Shown: one piece after another, positions 11,201 to 20,846 of the stretch
How the letters are laid out: the number at the start of each line of letters is the position of its first letter
How positions within the stretch are numbered: position 1 is the stretch's first letter
Assembly: GCA_031269995.1 (NCBI GenBank)
Contig: JAISYI010000013.1
Coordinates: forward strand, 179-64,178
Source: Holosporaceae bacterium
GTDB taxonomy: Bacteria > Pseudomonadota > Alphaproteobacteria > UBA3830
Direction of reading: 5' to 3'
Length of the DNA stretch: 64,000 nucleotides
The notes under the pieces: generated by a model
Databases searched by the model: none
Seen by the model: only the letters and a program-made list of their open reading frames with translations
Told to the model about the DNA's origin: nothing
Translations under genes and position numbers: made by a program

Positions 11201-11673
11201 TGTAGATACTCCTTAGCACCATCCACGTTGTTCTCGAGCAGTAAAGCGCCAAGTGATCCGTATATCCCTCCGGTTGCTAATATCAGCCCTTCAGAAGAGT
11301 GTACTAGCAAATCCAAAGATACCTCTGGATACATCACCGAAGACGAGGATAGATACGAACTGGAAACCAGTCGAATCAGGTTTTGGTATCCACTTTTGTT
11401 TTTCACATACAATAAAATACTAGTGGATCTATCCATCTTCTTCGTGTGTTGTACGTTTAGTTGACACGCAATAATTGGTTGAATGCCATGCTCGGCGCAT
11501 TTGGTGGAGAATTCTATTGCTCCAAAAAGATTGCAAGTGTCAGTGACGGCAACGGCAGGCATCGCATTTTTTTCACATAAATCAACTAATTGCCCTATCT
11601 TTATAGCTCCTTCTGCAAGGGAATAAGCCGAATGTAGTCGGAGATGAACAAATGCATTTTTTCCATTCTTCAT
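8227..11673 (-). CDS. dnaE: DNA polymerase III alpha subunit
   Basis: 1148 aa. N-terminal PHP domain (FVHLRLHSAYSLAEGA), polymerase core motifs (PDFDIDF, GLLKFDFLGL, YRPGPM), and a C-terminal OB region. Confidence 0.95.
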   Translation of the reverse strand: MKNGKNAFVHLRLHSAYSLAEGAIKIGQLVDLCEKNAMPAVAVTDTCNLFGAIEFSTKCAEHGIQPIIACQLNVQHTKKMDRSTSILLYVKNKSGYQNLIRLVSSSYLSSSSVMYPEVSLDLLVHSSEGLILATGGIYGSLGALLLENNVDGAKEYLQFLNNHFESRLYVELSRHHNSWENRIENLAIDLAYDLNLPLLATNNVCYPRSSDFEAHDVLICINQGRTVYDSKRETSSPEFYFKSSEEMVAIFNDLPEAVENTTHIAYRCSFMLECQKPRLPLFCLSGEKSQDNELRDLATKGLMTRLEKFKDNENYEEIKGEYFERLEYELDMIKKMGFSGYFLIVADYVGWARSQNIPVGPGRGSGAGSITAWSVRITDVDPIRFKLFFERFLNPDRVSMPDFDIDFCQERRDDVITYVQRKYGYQSVAQIITFGKLQAKAVIRDVGRILAMPYGFVDQISKMIPFNPTNPVTLQETIDSEQALRDLIESDPQVKKLVEIALRLEGLYRHPGVHAAGVVISDQDLQDVVPLYKDAKSTMPVTQFSMKYIESASLIKFDFLGLKTLTVIQKTLDLVKKRGINLEAHEISLEDKKTFDLLKKANCVGVFQIESGGMRDVLQKLQPDRVEDLIALVALYRPGPMDDIPKYIACKHGVEPITYLHEKLKPILAETYGVMVYQEQVMQIAQSIGGYTLGQADILRHAMGKKNRNEMQAQKRRFIDGATKRGVPLEVAGRLFEQMSKFAGYGFNKSHSTPYGLLTYQTAFLKANFKVEFFAATMTLDMNNTDKLCIYHQDAKKNGIQILPPDINMSECDFLIDYSSNAIIYSLAAIKGSGEGVVKGIVEERRKNGPYRSVFDFIERIEPTKTLNRRFVENFIRSGVFDKLHSSRKQLWESLDIIMTIKPSLDQGVLFEKFYPRLPDVGEWNEAERLQHEFSAIGFYISSHPVQQYEDVLKRCRFPTLTEAKEQSKSKIVVIINGFTFKKTRNQSKFCQLQISDASGMAEASMFSETLASCRDILQAGNIVVLDIACHRNEEQVRITIERMQKFDPNQTAFYAAKESIQAQRARFTEQASVAASSRNKTVQIKINDGKQLSAVKNLVDNFGKNGGYCIELLLSEKILLPDTYLLTPYDILSLRSVVGIKNVIEKS

Positions 11674-11682
11674 CGCCGTCGT

Positions 11683-12375
11683 TCACTGTTCCAGTAGTCT
11701 GCCGTCGGATATTAGAAACCTTTTGTGCATTCTCTCCGCCAGCTTAAGATTATGTGTAGCGATGATAGCTGACATCTTGGTCTTTTCCATGACACGTGTC
11801 AAATCGTCGAATACCTGTAAAGCCGTTTCTGCGTCTAGATTCCCCGTCGGCTCGTCTGCCAGCAATAGAGACGGATCGTTGGCGAGAGCACGCGCAATGG
11901 CGATGCGTTGTCTTTGTCCACCCGATAGCTCGGATGGAAAAGCACTCAATTTATGCTGCAGACCCAGCTCTTCCAGTAGCAACGCTGCTTTTTCGCGTGC
12001 CACCTTTGCAGAGGCTCCAGCAATTAACAGCGGAAGCATTACGTTTTCAATTGCAGAAAATTCCTGCAGAAGATAATGATATTGATAGACAAACCCTATG
12101 GTGGATAGTCTGAGCACCGTTTTGTCATCATCGGACATGGATGAAACATTTCGACCCCTTATGCTGACTGTTCCATCAGTTTGAACATCCAGTAGTCCAG
12201 CGATATGCAGTAGCGTAGATTTACCAGAACCAGACGGCCCAATGAGCGCTACGAATTCCGCAATATCTACAGACAGATGAATCCCCCTAAGCACAAAAGT
12301 ATCTTTCTGATTGTACCGTTTGCTAACGTCTTTTAGGCATATTACTGGGGCTACAAAGGATATTTTTTCATGCAT
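11683..12375 (-). CDS. lolD: Lipoprotein-releasing ABC transporter ATP-binding protein
   Basis: Walker A GPSGSGKST, signature LSGGQRQRIAIARAL, Walker B LLLADEPTGNLD. Overlaps the upstream lolC/E-like permease gene by 8 nt. Confidence 0.85.
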   Translation of the reverse strand: MHEKISFVAPVICLKDVSKRYNQKDTFVLRGIHLSVDIAEFVALIGPSGSGKSTLLHIAGLLDVQTDGTVSIRGRNVSSMSDDDKTVLRLSTIGFVYQYHYLLQEFSAIENVMLPLLIAGASAKVAREKAALLLEELGLQHKLSAFPSELSGGQRQRIAIARALANDPSLLLADEPTGNLDAETALQVFDDLTRVMEKTKMSAIIATHNLKLAERMHKRFLISDGRLLEQ

Positions 12376-13615
12376 ATCTCAATATTTCCGTCGGATTAAG
12401 TTGGCTGGCCTTTCGGGCAGGGTAAATAGTAGCCAAACAGGATAAGGCAAGTGAAATGGAAACTGTAAAAAGCACATCCATTGGATCCAATAACGAAGGA
12501 AGATTCGTCAAAAAATAAACCTCTGGTGAAAAAACCTTCGTGTTAAATAGACCATCCAACACTTCCTGAATTCTCTGAATATTAATTGAAAAAGCCACTC
12601 CGACCAAAGTTCCCATAAAGGTGCCGAAGATTCCCAGCGACGCCCCTGCCATAAAAAATACACGTGTAACTGATGATTGCGATAAACCGATTGTGCGTAA
12701 GATTGCGACGTCTTTCTCTTTATCTTTCACAAGCATAATCATGCAGGAAATGATATTGAAGCTTGCAACCAGGGTAATTAGTGTTAAAATCAAGAACATA
12801 ACATTGCGTTCGATCTCAACAGCCTTCATGAATGAACTATTGTTTGACTGCCAGTCTGTAATTCGATAGAGGCTAGAGAAGTTTACTGCAATTTCCTTTT
12901 TTATGGAATTTAACCGCATTGGATTGGTGACAAAAACTGAGATACCCGTAATTTCATTCGGTATTTTGAAGAGCTTTTGTGCCATATCTAAAGAAATATA
13001 CGATACAGTATTGTCATATTCATACATACCTGAATTGAACACTGCAACCAGCTTAAAGGTTTTCTTGCGCGGCATAAATCCAAATGCCATTCCGTCCATT
13101 TCTGGAGAAATTACGGCCACATCGCTACCAGGAGTTAATCCCATTCGCTGGGCCAATGATTCTCCTAGAATTATTGCGTTCTCTTTGCAAAAATCCTCTA
13201 AATTACCGCTAACAATGTTCTGGCTTATTAAATCTTTCCGAAGTAAGCATGCATGAGAAATGCCGTAAATCAGCGTGCCTCCAACAGCTTTATGACTGGA
13301 TATCAGTGCCTGCCGTTCCACTACCGGGATAACCTGGGCTACACCCTTCGTCGACAAGATTTTTTTGACCGCCTCCTCATAATTCGTTGACTTCCCTAAC
13401 GAGGAAATAGGATGCAGGGCCACATGCCCATTAAACCCTATGATTCTCTCTGTGAATTCTCTGCGGAATCCGTTCATGACGGAAGTTACGACTATCAGCG
13501 TTGCCACTCCAAGGATAATACCAACAACTGAGAACCCTGCTATCGCCGAAATTGCCCTTTCTTTCCTTTTAGACCTGAGATACCTCCACGCCAACAGTAA
13601 TTCTACCGACAGCAT
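12368..13615 (-). CDS. lolE: Lipoprotein-releasing system permease (LolC/LolE family)
   Basis: N-terminus LAWRYLRSKRKE, MacB-like periplasmic domain, C-terminal FtsX TM bundle. The start was moved to the internal ATG at 13615, which forms a TGATG stop/start overlap with proS. Confidence 0.8.
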   Translation of the reverse strand: MLSVELLLAWRYLRSKRKERAISAIAGFSVVGIILGVATLIVVTSVMNGFRREFTERIIGFNGHVALHPISSLGKSTNYEEAVKKILSTKGVAQVIPVVERQALISSHKAVGGTLIYGISHACLLRKDLISQNIVSGNLEDFCKENAIILGESLAQRMGLTPGSDVAVISPEMDGMAFGFMPRKKTFKLVAVFNSGMYEYDNTVSYISLDMAQKLFKIPNEITGISVFVTNPMRLNSIKKEIAVNFSSLYRITDWQSNNSSFMKAVEIERNVMFLILTLITLVASFNIISCMIMLVKDKEKDVAILRTIGLSQSSVTRVFFMAGASLGIFGTFMGTLVGVAFSINIQRIQEVLDGLFNTKVFSPEVYFLTNLPSLLDPMDVLFTVSISLALSCLATIYPARKASQLNPTEILRYA

Positions 13616-14892
13616 CAGCTCATGAATCTCCCTGTAACTTCCGCGGGGGACATTTCTATAATTTCGCCACTCTTTCTGTTTTTTAACTCCACAACGCCGC
13701 GCTCCATTTTCTTTGACCCTACTATTATCTGCCATGGAATTCCTATCAGATCCGCATCTGCCATCTTTTCCCCGACTGAAATATCACGATCATCATACAA
13801 TGCCTCTCTTCCGGAAGACGCCCTCAATGACACCGCCCTATAAATCTCGTCGGCAACCTCGCAGCAGTGACTATCCCTTCTGTGCAGATTGAGGATAGTA
13901 ATGTCGAACGGCGCTACCGTCTCTGGCCAGATAATCCCGCGATCATCATGTGATGATTCGATGATAGCTGCCACCAACCTCGACACTCCTATACCATAGG
14001 ATCCCATTTCCGGAAAAAGCTTATTCCCTTTTTCATCTAGAACAAAAGCATTCATTGCTTTCGAATATTTCGTTCCGAAATGGAAAATATGTCCTACCTC
14101 AATGCCTCTTGACATTAGCAGGTCTTTTTCTGGAATGCTCGAGTTAACAGGATCGTATTTCTCGTCAGTGACAGCATACGTTGTCATTAACTCATTATCA
14201 GACGCCGTTAGTAATTTTCTGTCATAGTAGAGCGTGCTTTCGCCAGTATCTGCAAGAATCTGAAATTCATGACTCATATTGCCGCCGATGGCCCCAGAAT
14301 CCGCCTGTACCGGCACCGGAGTTAATCCCATTCTACGAAACGTTGCAACGTACGATTTAAAGACGTTTTCATAGGTTTTCTTCGCCATACAGAAGTCGAT
14401 ATCGAACGAATAGCCATCTTTCATTAGAAACTCGCGCCCCCGCATCACACCGAATTTAGGCCTTATCTCGTCACGAAATTTCCAATGTATTTGGTATAGG
14501 ATGGTCGGTAACCCTTTGTAGCTTTTTACATATTTTCTGAAAACGTCAGTGGCCTGTTCCTCATTGGTAGGACTATAGAGAAAATCACCCTCCTTCCGAT
14601 CCTTGATACGTAGCATTTCTTTTCCATAGACATCATATCGACCACTTTCTATCCATAGATCCGCTGGCTGAATGGTGGTGAAATACACGCGGTTTGCACC
14701 GATGCGGTCCTGCTCTTCACAGATTATTTTTGATAATTTATCAAGGACACGAGTAGCTAAAGGCAGCCAGCAATATATGCCAGATGCCGCCTGTGAAATC
14801 ATTCCTGAGCGTAACATTAACCTATGGGATACAATCTTCGCATCAGACGGCACATCTTTAGATGTTGGAGCAAAGAACCGAGAAAACAACAC
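13615..14892 (-). CDS. proS: Prolyl-tRNA synthetase (short alphaproteobacterial type)
   Basis: N-terminus FAPTSKDVPSDAKIVSHRLMLRSGMI and class II motifs (FRDEIRPKFGVMRGREF, GIGVSR). Confidence 0.9.
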   Translation of the reverse strand: MLFSRFFAPTSKDVPSDAKIVSHRLMLRSGMISQAASGIYCWLPLATRVLDKLSKIICEEQDRIGANRVYFTTIQPADLWIESGRYDVYGKEMLRIKDRKEGDFLYSPTNEEQATDVFRKYVKSYKGLPTILYQIHWKFRDEIRPKFGVMRGREFLMKDGYSFDIDFCMAKKTYENVFKSYVATFRRMGLTPVPVQADSGAIGGNMSHEFQILADTGESTLYYDRKLLTASDNELMTTYAVTDEKYDPVNSSIPEKDLLMSRGIEVGHIFHFGTKYSKAMNAFVLDEKGNKLFPEMGSYGIGVSRLVAAIIESSHDDRGIIWPETVAPFDITILNLHRRDSHCCEVADEIYRAVSLRASSGREALYDDRDISVGEKMADADLIGIPWQIIVGSKKMERGVVELKNRKSGEIIEMSPAEVTGRFMS

Positions 14893-14915
14893 TTGACCGC
14901 CCCTTCCTTATTTCT

Positions 14916-16973
14916 TTAGGTGGTAAATTTCATGGTCAATTTGGCGCGTCCTTTGTTGTCATAGCCCAGAAATTTTACGTCGACCGCGTCCCCCTCGCTC
15001 AGCATATCCGTTACCTTGTCTACACGCTTATCAGACATCTCACTGATGTGAACGAGCCCTTCTTTCGGGCCATAGAAATTAATAAAGGCTCCAAAATCCA
15101 TAATTTTCGTGACGCGTCCTTTATAGATTGCACCACTCACCGGATCAACAGCGATACCCTGAATAATACTCAGTGCTTTTTCCAGCGATAACGCATCCGG
15201 CGCCGATACCGACACATTTCCTTCGTCATCTATGTCTATCTTAGTGCCTGTCCGATCGATAATGTCGCGGATAACCTTCCCCCCCGATCCTATAACCTCC
15301 CTTATCTTATCCTTTGGAATAACAATTGTTGCCATTTTAGGTGCGTTTTCGTTCAGTTTCGCCCTAGGTGTCTTTAATTCTTTCGACATCTCTTTTAAAA
15401 TGTGCTCACGTCCAACTTTAGCTTGCCGCATAGCCTCTTCTATGATTTCAAATGAGATACTTGGCACCTTAGTATCCATCTGCAAAGCCGTAATCCCGCC
15501 GCTGGTGCCAGCAACCTTAAAATCCATGTCGCCGAGATGATCTTCTTCTCCCATTATGTCACTGAGAATCTTATATTTGTCGCCTTCTATGATTAACCCC
15601 ATAGCGATACCGGCGACCGCATTCGTTAAGGGAACCCCAGCATCCATCAGCGCTAGCGACGACCCGCAGACAGTTGCCATTGACGAAGACCCATTGCACG
15701 ATAGAACCTCCGAAACAACTCGAATAGAGTATGGAAATTTCTCCCGAGACGGAAGTACCGGGCTGACCGCGCGCCAAGCAAGTTTCCCATGTCCTATCTC
15801 ACGTCTACCTGGTGACCCTAAACGCCCAATCTCGCCTACTGAAAATGGAGGAAAGTTATAATGCAACATAAACCTTTCCTTGTATTCACCGGCAAGAGAA
15901 TCCATCAACTGTTCATCCTGAGCCGTCCCCAACGTTACCACTACAACCGCTTGAGTTTCGCCTCGTTGAAATGCTGCTGATCCATGCACGCACGGCAGAG
16001 CTGAAACCTCAGCGCTGATCGGCCGTATATCGCTCGTACCTCTTCCATCTATGCGCCTGCCGTTCGACAAAATCTTATTTCTTACAAAGTTAGCGCATAC
16101 GCTAGAAAAGGCTTCATTTACAATGCTTTCTGCTATGTCCTCAGTAAAATATCCAATTATCTCGTCCTTTATTTGCTGCAGAGACTCGCTGCGATCATGT
16201 TTACATTTTCCATCGTAGGCTTTTTTGATGTCATCTAAAAACTTCTTCGATATAACTTCCTTAATCTCGTTTAACTTAGCGGACGGCTCAGGCACATCCC
16301 ACGGATCGTTCGCGCATTTTTCAGCAAGTTTTATGATCATATCAATGACTGGCTGAAACGTCTCGTGGCCAAAACGCAAAGCAGCCATCATATCAGTCTC
16401 TGACAGTTCGTTGGCGCCAGATTCGACCATCAATATGCCATCCTTCGATCCAGCTACAACCAGATCGAGGTTTGATTCATACCCTATTTTTGGATTCAGA
16501 ACGAATTTCCCGTCCTCATAGCCTATGCGAGCAGCTGCTATCGGACCAAGAAAAGGAATCCCCGAAAGGGTCAATGCAGCTGAAGCTCCAATAATGGAAA
16601 TAATATCAGCGTCATTCTCACCATCAAAACTAAGGACAGTACAAATCACCTGAGTTTCATTCTTAAAATCCTCATGAAACAATGGCCTCAATGGACGGTC
16701 AATCAAACGCGATACAAGAGTTTCCTTCTCAGAGGGTCGCCCTTCCCTCTTAATAAATCCTCCAGGGATTTTACCTGCCGCGTATGCCTTCTCGACATAA
16801 TTTACTGTCAGTGGAAAAAAATCGCCATCGGCCTTAGCCTTTCTATTAGCCACCACTGTACATAGGACTATCGTATCTCCATACCTCACCGTAACCGATC
16901 CGGTGGCCTGAGTAGCAAATCTTCCCGTTTCTATTAATAAAGACCTACCACCCCATATTATCTTCTGTTTCAA
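14916..16973 (-). CDS. pnp: Polyribonucleotide nucleotidyltransferase (PNPase)
   Basis: Two RNase PH domains, KH (IPKDKIREVIGSGGKVIR) and S1 (GRVTKIMDFGAFINF). Conserved pnp-rpsO-truB order. Confidence 0.95.
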   Translation of the reverse strand: MKQKIIWGGRSLLIETGRFATQATGSVTVRYGDTIVLCTVVANRKAKADGDFFPLTVNYVEKAYAAGKIPGGFIKREGRPSEKETLVSRLIDRPLRPLFHEDFKNETQVICTVLSFDGENDADIISIIGASAALTLSGIPFLGPIAAARIGYEDGKFVLNPKIGYESNLDLVVAGSKDGILMVESGANELSETDMMAALRFGHETFQPVIDMIIKLAEKCANDPWDVPEPSAKLNEIKEVISKKFLDDIKKAYDGKCKHDRSESLQQIKDEIIGYFTEDIAESIVNEAFSSVCANFVRNKILSNGRRIDGRGTSDIRPISAEVSALPCVHGSAAFQRGETQAVVVVTLGTAQDEQLMDSLAGEYKERFMLHYNFPPFSVGEIGRLGSPGRREIGHGKLAWRAVSPVLPSREKFPYSIRVVSEVLSCNGSSSMATVCGSSLALMDAGVPLTNAVAGIAMGLIIEGDKYKILSDIMGEEDHLGDMDFKVAGTSGGITALQMDTKVPSISFEIIEEAMRQAKVGREHILKEMSKELKTPRAKLNENAPKMATIVIPKDKIREVIGSGGKVIRDIIDRTGTKIDIDDEGNVSVSAPDALSLEKALSIIQGIAVDPVSGAIYKGRVTKIMDFGAFINFYGPKEGLVHISEMSDKRVDKVTDMLSEGDAVDVKFLGYDNKGRAKLTMKFTT

Positions 16974-17004
16974 CAGTGCTCCTTCTTTTAGTTATCCATT
17001 CCTA

Positions 17005-17271
17005 CTAGCGTCTCAAACCTAACTCTTTAATCAGAGTTGTATACCTCGTAACATCTACACACTTGAGGTAATCCAGGAGCCTCCTTCTCCTGCTAACCAT
17101 TCCCAGCAACCCGCGCCGAGAATGAAAATCTTTCACATGAACATTCATATGCTCTCCCAGTAAGTTGATCTTTGCCGTCAGAATGGCAACCTGCACTTCC
17201 GGAGAGCCCGTATCGTTATCATGCACAGCAAATTTATGAATTATTTCCTGCTTATTTTCCATCGACATCAT
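17005..17271 (-). CDS. rpsO: 30S ribosomal protein S15
   Basis: [50 protein letters not shown] is canonical S15. Confidence 0.95.
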   Translation of the reverse strand: MMSMENKQEIIHKFAVHDNDTGSPEVQVAILTAKINLLGEHMNVHVKDFHSRRGLLGMVSRRRRLLDYLKCVDVTRYTTLIKELGLRR

Positions 17272-17278
17272 TCCTTTC

Positions 17279-18193
17279 TTAACTTCTAACCAACATCCTA
17301 ACCGGCTTCAGAAACCCATCCTCAGATGCAAATGCAACTCCATAGAAGTCTCCTAGAAAATCATCAAAGATCTTCACATTAGAAGAACTTCCAATGCCAT
17401 GTTCAAACGCAACCAAGACACCGCTCTGCAACCTAACCACGTCCTCTTTCCTCAAATATAAAGCCGGGATGTCGTCCAGCGGACTCTCAATGGGAAGCAG
17501 TACGTCTATCAGTTCTCTAATATCTCTTATTCCCACCAATTTTTCCAGAGAAATTGCGTCCTCAGCAGAAAAAAAACCGGATCGCACTCTACGAAGGGCT
17601 TTCACATAGGCTAGTGATCCCAGTTTCTCCGCAATGTCTCTAGCTATGCTTCGCACATAGGTTCCCTTTGAGCACGTTATATCAAGTGTGACTGCACACC
17701 GTTCCCTCAAATCCTCGTCTGTAATGTGTATATCGAAAATACTCACCTTCCGGGGTAAAAGCTCGACGTTTTCGCCATGGCGTACTCTGTCGCAGGCTCT
17801 TCTTCCCTTTATCTTGATCGCAGAAAATACCGGTGGAACCTGTTGAATTGCACCCTTAAAATCACCTAGAATACTCTGTAATTTTGCTATATTCGGGATG
17901 CAATTGGTTTTCCCAGTGATATTTCCTTCGCTGTCCAGCGTGTTTGTTGTTACGCCAAAAACCATTGTAAAAACATACCTTTTCTGAGACTCCTCAACAA
18001 ATTGTATAAATTTTCTTGCTTTGCCAATAGCTATTGGGAGAACTCCAGTTGCTAGCGGATCTAATGTACCAACATAGCCAGCATTTTCCCCAAACATTTT
18101 GCGCACATTAGTCATCGCAAAACTAGAAGACATCCCACTTGGCTTATCGAAACACAGCCATCCACACGAACTGCTTTGCAAACTTTTTTTCAT
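17279..18193 (-). CDS. truB: tRNA pseudouridine(55) synthase
   Basis: Motifs [13 protein letters not shown] and [21 protein letters not shown] (catalytic Asp), plus [11 protein letters not shown]. The ORF start at 18214 would abut tRNA-Pro, so the internal ATG at 18193 is preferred. Confidence 0.9.
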   Translation of the reverse strand: MKKSLQSSSCGWLCFDKPSGMSSSFAMTNVRKMFGENAGYVGTLDPLATGVLPIAIGKARKFIQFVEESQKRYVFTMVFGVTTNTLDSEGNITGKTNCIPNIAKLQSILGDFKGAIQQVPPVFSAIKIKGRRACDRVRHGENVELLPRKVSIFDIHITDEDLRERCAVTLDITCSKGTYVRSIARDIAEKLGSLAYVKALRRVRSGFFSAEDAISLEKLVGIRDIRELIDVLLPIESPLDDIPALYLRKEDVVRLQSGVLVAFEHGIGSSSNVKIFDDFLGDFYGVAFASEDGFLKPVRMLVRS

Positions 18194-18213
18194 CAAAAAA
18201 ATGATACTCTGCA

Positions 18214-18290
<77 letters not shown>

Positions 18291-18477
18291 GTCGACGTGC
18301 AACTGTTTATATGAACAACTATAATATTTCAATATATAAAAAAACCTTGAAGTAGTATGTTGAAGGTGTGGATTTGTTAATTATAAGATAAACTTATTTG
18401 CAGACCGAATGAATTAATGGTTCATTATCAGACAATGCAGAAGTGTGGCAATTTTTGTAAATGCTTCTTTCCGAGTG

Positions 18478-18492
18478 TTAATGCTTTGTTAA
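18478..18492. promoter_or_regulatory. CtrA-type box, perfect TTAA-N7-TTAA
   Basis: Read directly as TTAAtgctttgTTAA, in the ORF-free divergent spacer between tRNA-Pro/truB and galU. Confidence 0.5.
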
Positions 18493-18535
18493 TAATCTGT
18501 GTAAAAAGAAGCGCGCAGTAGATACTGTAAAAGTA

Positions 18536-18550
18536 TTAACAAATTGTTAA
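18536..18550. promoter_or_regulatory. CtrA-type box, perfect TTAA-N7-TTAA(C)
   Basis: Read directly as TTAAcaaattgTTAAc, about 95 nt upstream of the galU ATG. Confidence 0.5.
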
Positions 18551-18646
18551 CAATATAGAAGGTGTATTTCACAAACTCATGCATCTGATTGAATACCTAG
18601 ACATGCCAGTGTATCCTAGACCTGGTTAGCTTTTGTGGCAGTATTT

Positions 18647-19471
18647 ATGAAAATCAGTAAGGCAGTATTTCCGGTTGGCGGTCTTGGGACGAGGTTTTTC
18701 CCCATCACGAGGGCAATTCCGAAAGAAATGCTAGGAATAATTAATAAGCCACTTGTTCACTATGCGTTTGAGGAGGCACTGACTGCCGGCATTGAGGAGT
18801 TTATCTTTGTTACTCGCCATGGAAAAGATTCCATAGAAGATTATTTTGATTATATGTCGATACATTCCGAATATTTTAATTTGAAGATGGGTAGCGTATG
18901 CTACGTGAGGCAAAACGAGCCTCTGGGGTTAGGGCATGCTGTGCTGTGCGCGAAAAATCTAATAGGAAACGAGACGTTTGCCGTTGTGTCGGCCGACGAT
19001 TTCATTTTGCATAGGGAATCGTGTCTTGGAGAAATGATAAAACACTATGATGGATCGAATATGGTTGCCACCATGGGTGTAGATTATCGTGATGTGGACA
19101 AGTATGGAATATTGGATGTAGACTATGAAACCGGAAAGCTTGTGATCGCTAAATCGGTAGATGAGAAACCGTCTATCGCATCAGCAAAATCCACCTATGC
19201 AATAGTTGGTAGATATTTGCTGTCACCCAAAATATTTGACGTATTGGCGGATCTGCCTCCAGGAGTTGGCGGTGAAGTCCAGTTGACAGATGCGCTTTTA
19301 CAGATGATTCCATTGTGCGGTTTAGTGGGGTTTAGGTTCGATGGAAAAAGATTTGATTGTGGATCCAAGAGCGGATTACTAGCAGCAATTTTGCATGTAG
19401 CTAGTCAGAATAGTGAACTCCGTAATGTAATAGAGGACTTTTGTGGAAGTAGAGTAGAGGGATTTCGATAA
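18647..19471 (+). CDS. galU: UTP-glucose-1-phosphate uridylyltransferase
   Basis: N-terminus KAVFPVGGLGTRFFPITRAIPKEML and later LGLGHAV. The ORF track starts at a GTG at 18635; the ATG at 18647 is preferred. Confidence 0.85.
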   Translation: MKISKAVFPVGGLGTRFFPITRAIPKEMLGIINKPLVHYAFEEALTAGIEEFIFVTRHGKDSIEDYFDYMSIHSEYFNLKMGSVCYVRQNEPLGLGHAVLCAKNLIGNETFAVVSADDFILHRESCLGEMIKHYDGSNMVATMGVDYRDVDKYGILDVDYETGKLVIAKSVDEKPSIASAKSTYAIVGRYLLSPKIFDVLADLPPGVGGEVQLTDALLQMIPLCGLVGFRFDGKRFDCGSKSGLLAAILHVASQNSELRNVIEDFCGSRVEGFR

Positions 19472-19487
19472 AAAATATGGATGGAAA

Positions 19488-20843
19488 ATGAGGATTGCTG
19501 TTATTGGGACAGGATACGTTGGATTGGTATCGGGCGTTTGTTTCGCTGAATTTGGATTTGAGGTTGTATGTATCGATAACAACATAGCCAAGATAAAAGA
19601 ACTTCAAAGTGGACGTGTGCCTATATACGAACCAGGTTTGAATAAATTAATACACAAAAACGTTGCTGCAAAGCGATTGAGTTTTACTGCGGATGCTCAT
19701 GATGGTGTGAAATCTGCGGACATTGTTTTTATTGCCGTTGGAACTCCTAGCAAACTGGATGGGAGCGCTGATCTGTCCTATGTGTATCAAGCTGTTGATG
19801 AAATCTCATCATTGATAAATAGAGATGCTGTTTTGGTGATTAAATCTACGGTTCCAGTAGGAACTACCATGGCAATAAAGAAATTTTTACTGGACAAAGG
19901 AGTTGATGTTGACGTTGCATTCAATCCAGAATTCCTAAAGGAGGGGGTAGCCGTCGAGGATTTTATGCATCCTGACCGCGTCATCCTTGGAGTGGAGAGT
20001 GAAAAAGCAAGACGCATTCTATCGCAGGCATACCGACCATTGTATGTATTTAATACGCCAATCATATTTACAAATCTGGAAACGGCTGAACTTGCTAAAT
20101 ATGCCTCCAATGCTTTTCTGGCAATGAAAGTTACCTTTATAAACGAAGTGGCTAACCTATGCGAAGTCTGTGGAGCGGACGTTAATGAAGTTGCTATTGC
20201 TGTGGGTTTAGATAGGAGAATAGGAGATAAATTTCTACAGGCTGGACCAGGATATGGAGGATCCTGTTTTCCAAAAGATACATCAGCTTTAAGGGATTTT
20301 GCATTGAAGCTCGGTGTAGAGATGCCTTTGTTGAATGAGACAATAAACTCCAACGGGGCCAGACGAGCAAAAATGGTCGAGAAAATCATTCAGGCCTGTG
20401 GGAATGATGTTAGGGAGAAGAATATCGCTATTCTTGGAGTAACGTTTAAGGCTAATACTGACGATATGCGCAACAGCCCTAGCATAGATGTAGTAAACTT
20501 CCTCGTGGAACGTGGCGCGCATATCAAAATTTACGATCCCTCTTTCTCTGAGCAGGCAAAACAGATTTTTCACGAACAAGAATTCAGCAACGATGCGTAT
20601 AGTAACTGCGATGGAGCAGATGCCGTTGTAATCCTGACAGATTGGAGTGAATTTCGAGCGCTTAACCTGCGGGAGCTGAAGAAAAGGGTAAAAAATCCTC
20701 TATTGATCGATTTACGCAATATTTATGCTCTATCAGAGGCCAGCGCAGCAGGGTTTATATATCATTCTGTTGGCAGGGCTATCCAGCCTGCTGGCAGGGC
20801 GGCAAAAACAAGCCGATCAAGTATTTTAAAAAAAGATTGCTGA
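19488..20843 (+). CDS. ugd: UDP-glucose 6-dehydrogenase
   Basis: Rossmann N-terminus MRIAVIGTGYVGLVSG, catalytic region GGSCFPKDT, and C-terminal UDP-binding domain (GVTFKANTDDMRNSP). Confidence 0.92.
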   Translation: MRIAVIGTGYVGLVSGVCFAEFGFEVVCIDNNIAKIKELQSGRVPIYEPGLNKLIHKNVAAKRLSFTADAHDGVKSADIVFIAVGTPSKLDGSADLSYVYQAVDEISSLINRDAVLVIKSTVPVGTTMAIKKFLLDKGVDVDVAFNPEFLKEGVAVEDFMHPDRVILGVESEKARRILSQAYRPLYVFNTPIIFTNLETAELAKYASNAFLAMKVTFINEVANLCEVCGADVNEVAIAVGLDRRIGDKFLQAGPGYGGSCFPKDTSALRDFALKLGVEMPLLNETINSNGARRAKMVEKIIQACGNDVREKNIAILGVTFKANTDDMRNSPSIDVVNFLVERGAHIKIYDPSFSEQAKQIFHEQEFSNDAYSNCDGADAVVILTDWSEFRALNLRELKKRVKNPLLIDLRNIYALSEASAAGFIYHSVGRAIQPAGRAAKTSRSSILKKDC

Positions 20844-20846
20844 GGA

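Noticed and set aside
18291-18634. Declaring this spacer the chromosomal replication origin
   Set aside because: There is only one degenerate DnaA-like box. The hemE-type neighbourhood usually described for alphaproteobacterial origins is absent. Gene-strand bias reverses again later in the window, and GC skew cannot be judged from 64 kb. It is kept as an alternative hypothesis, not a call.
19787-20389. 200-aa minus-strand ORF
   Set aside because: It lies antisense to ugd, whose identity is clear.
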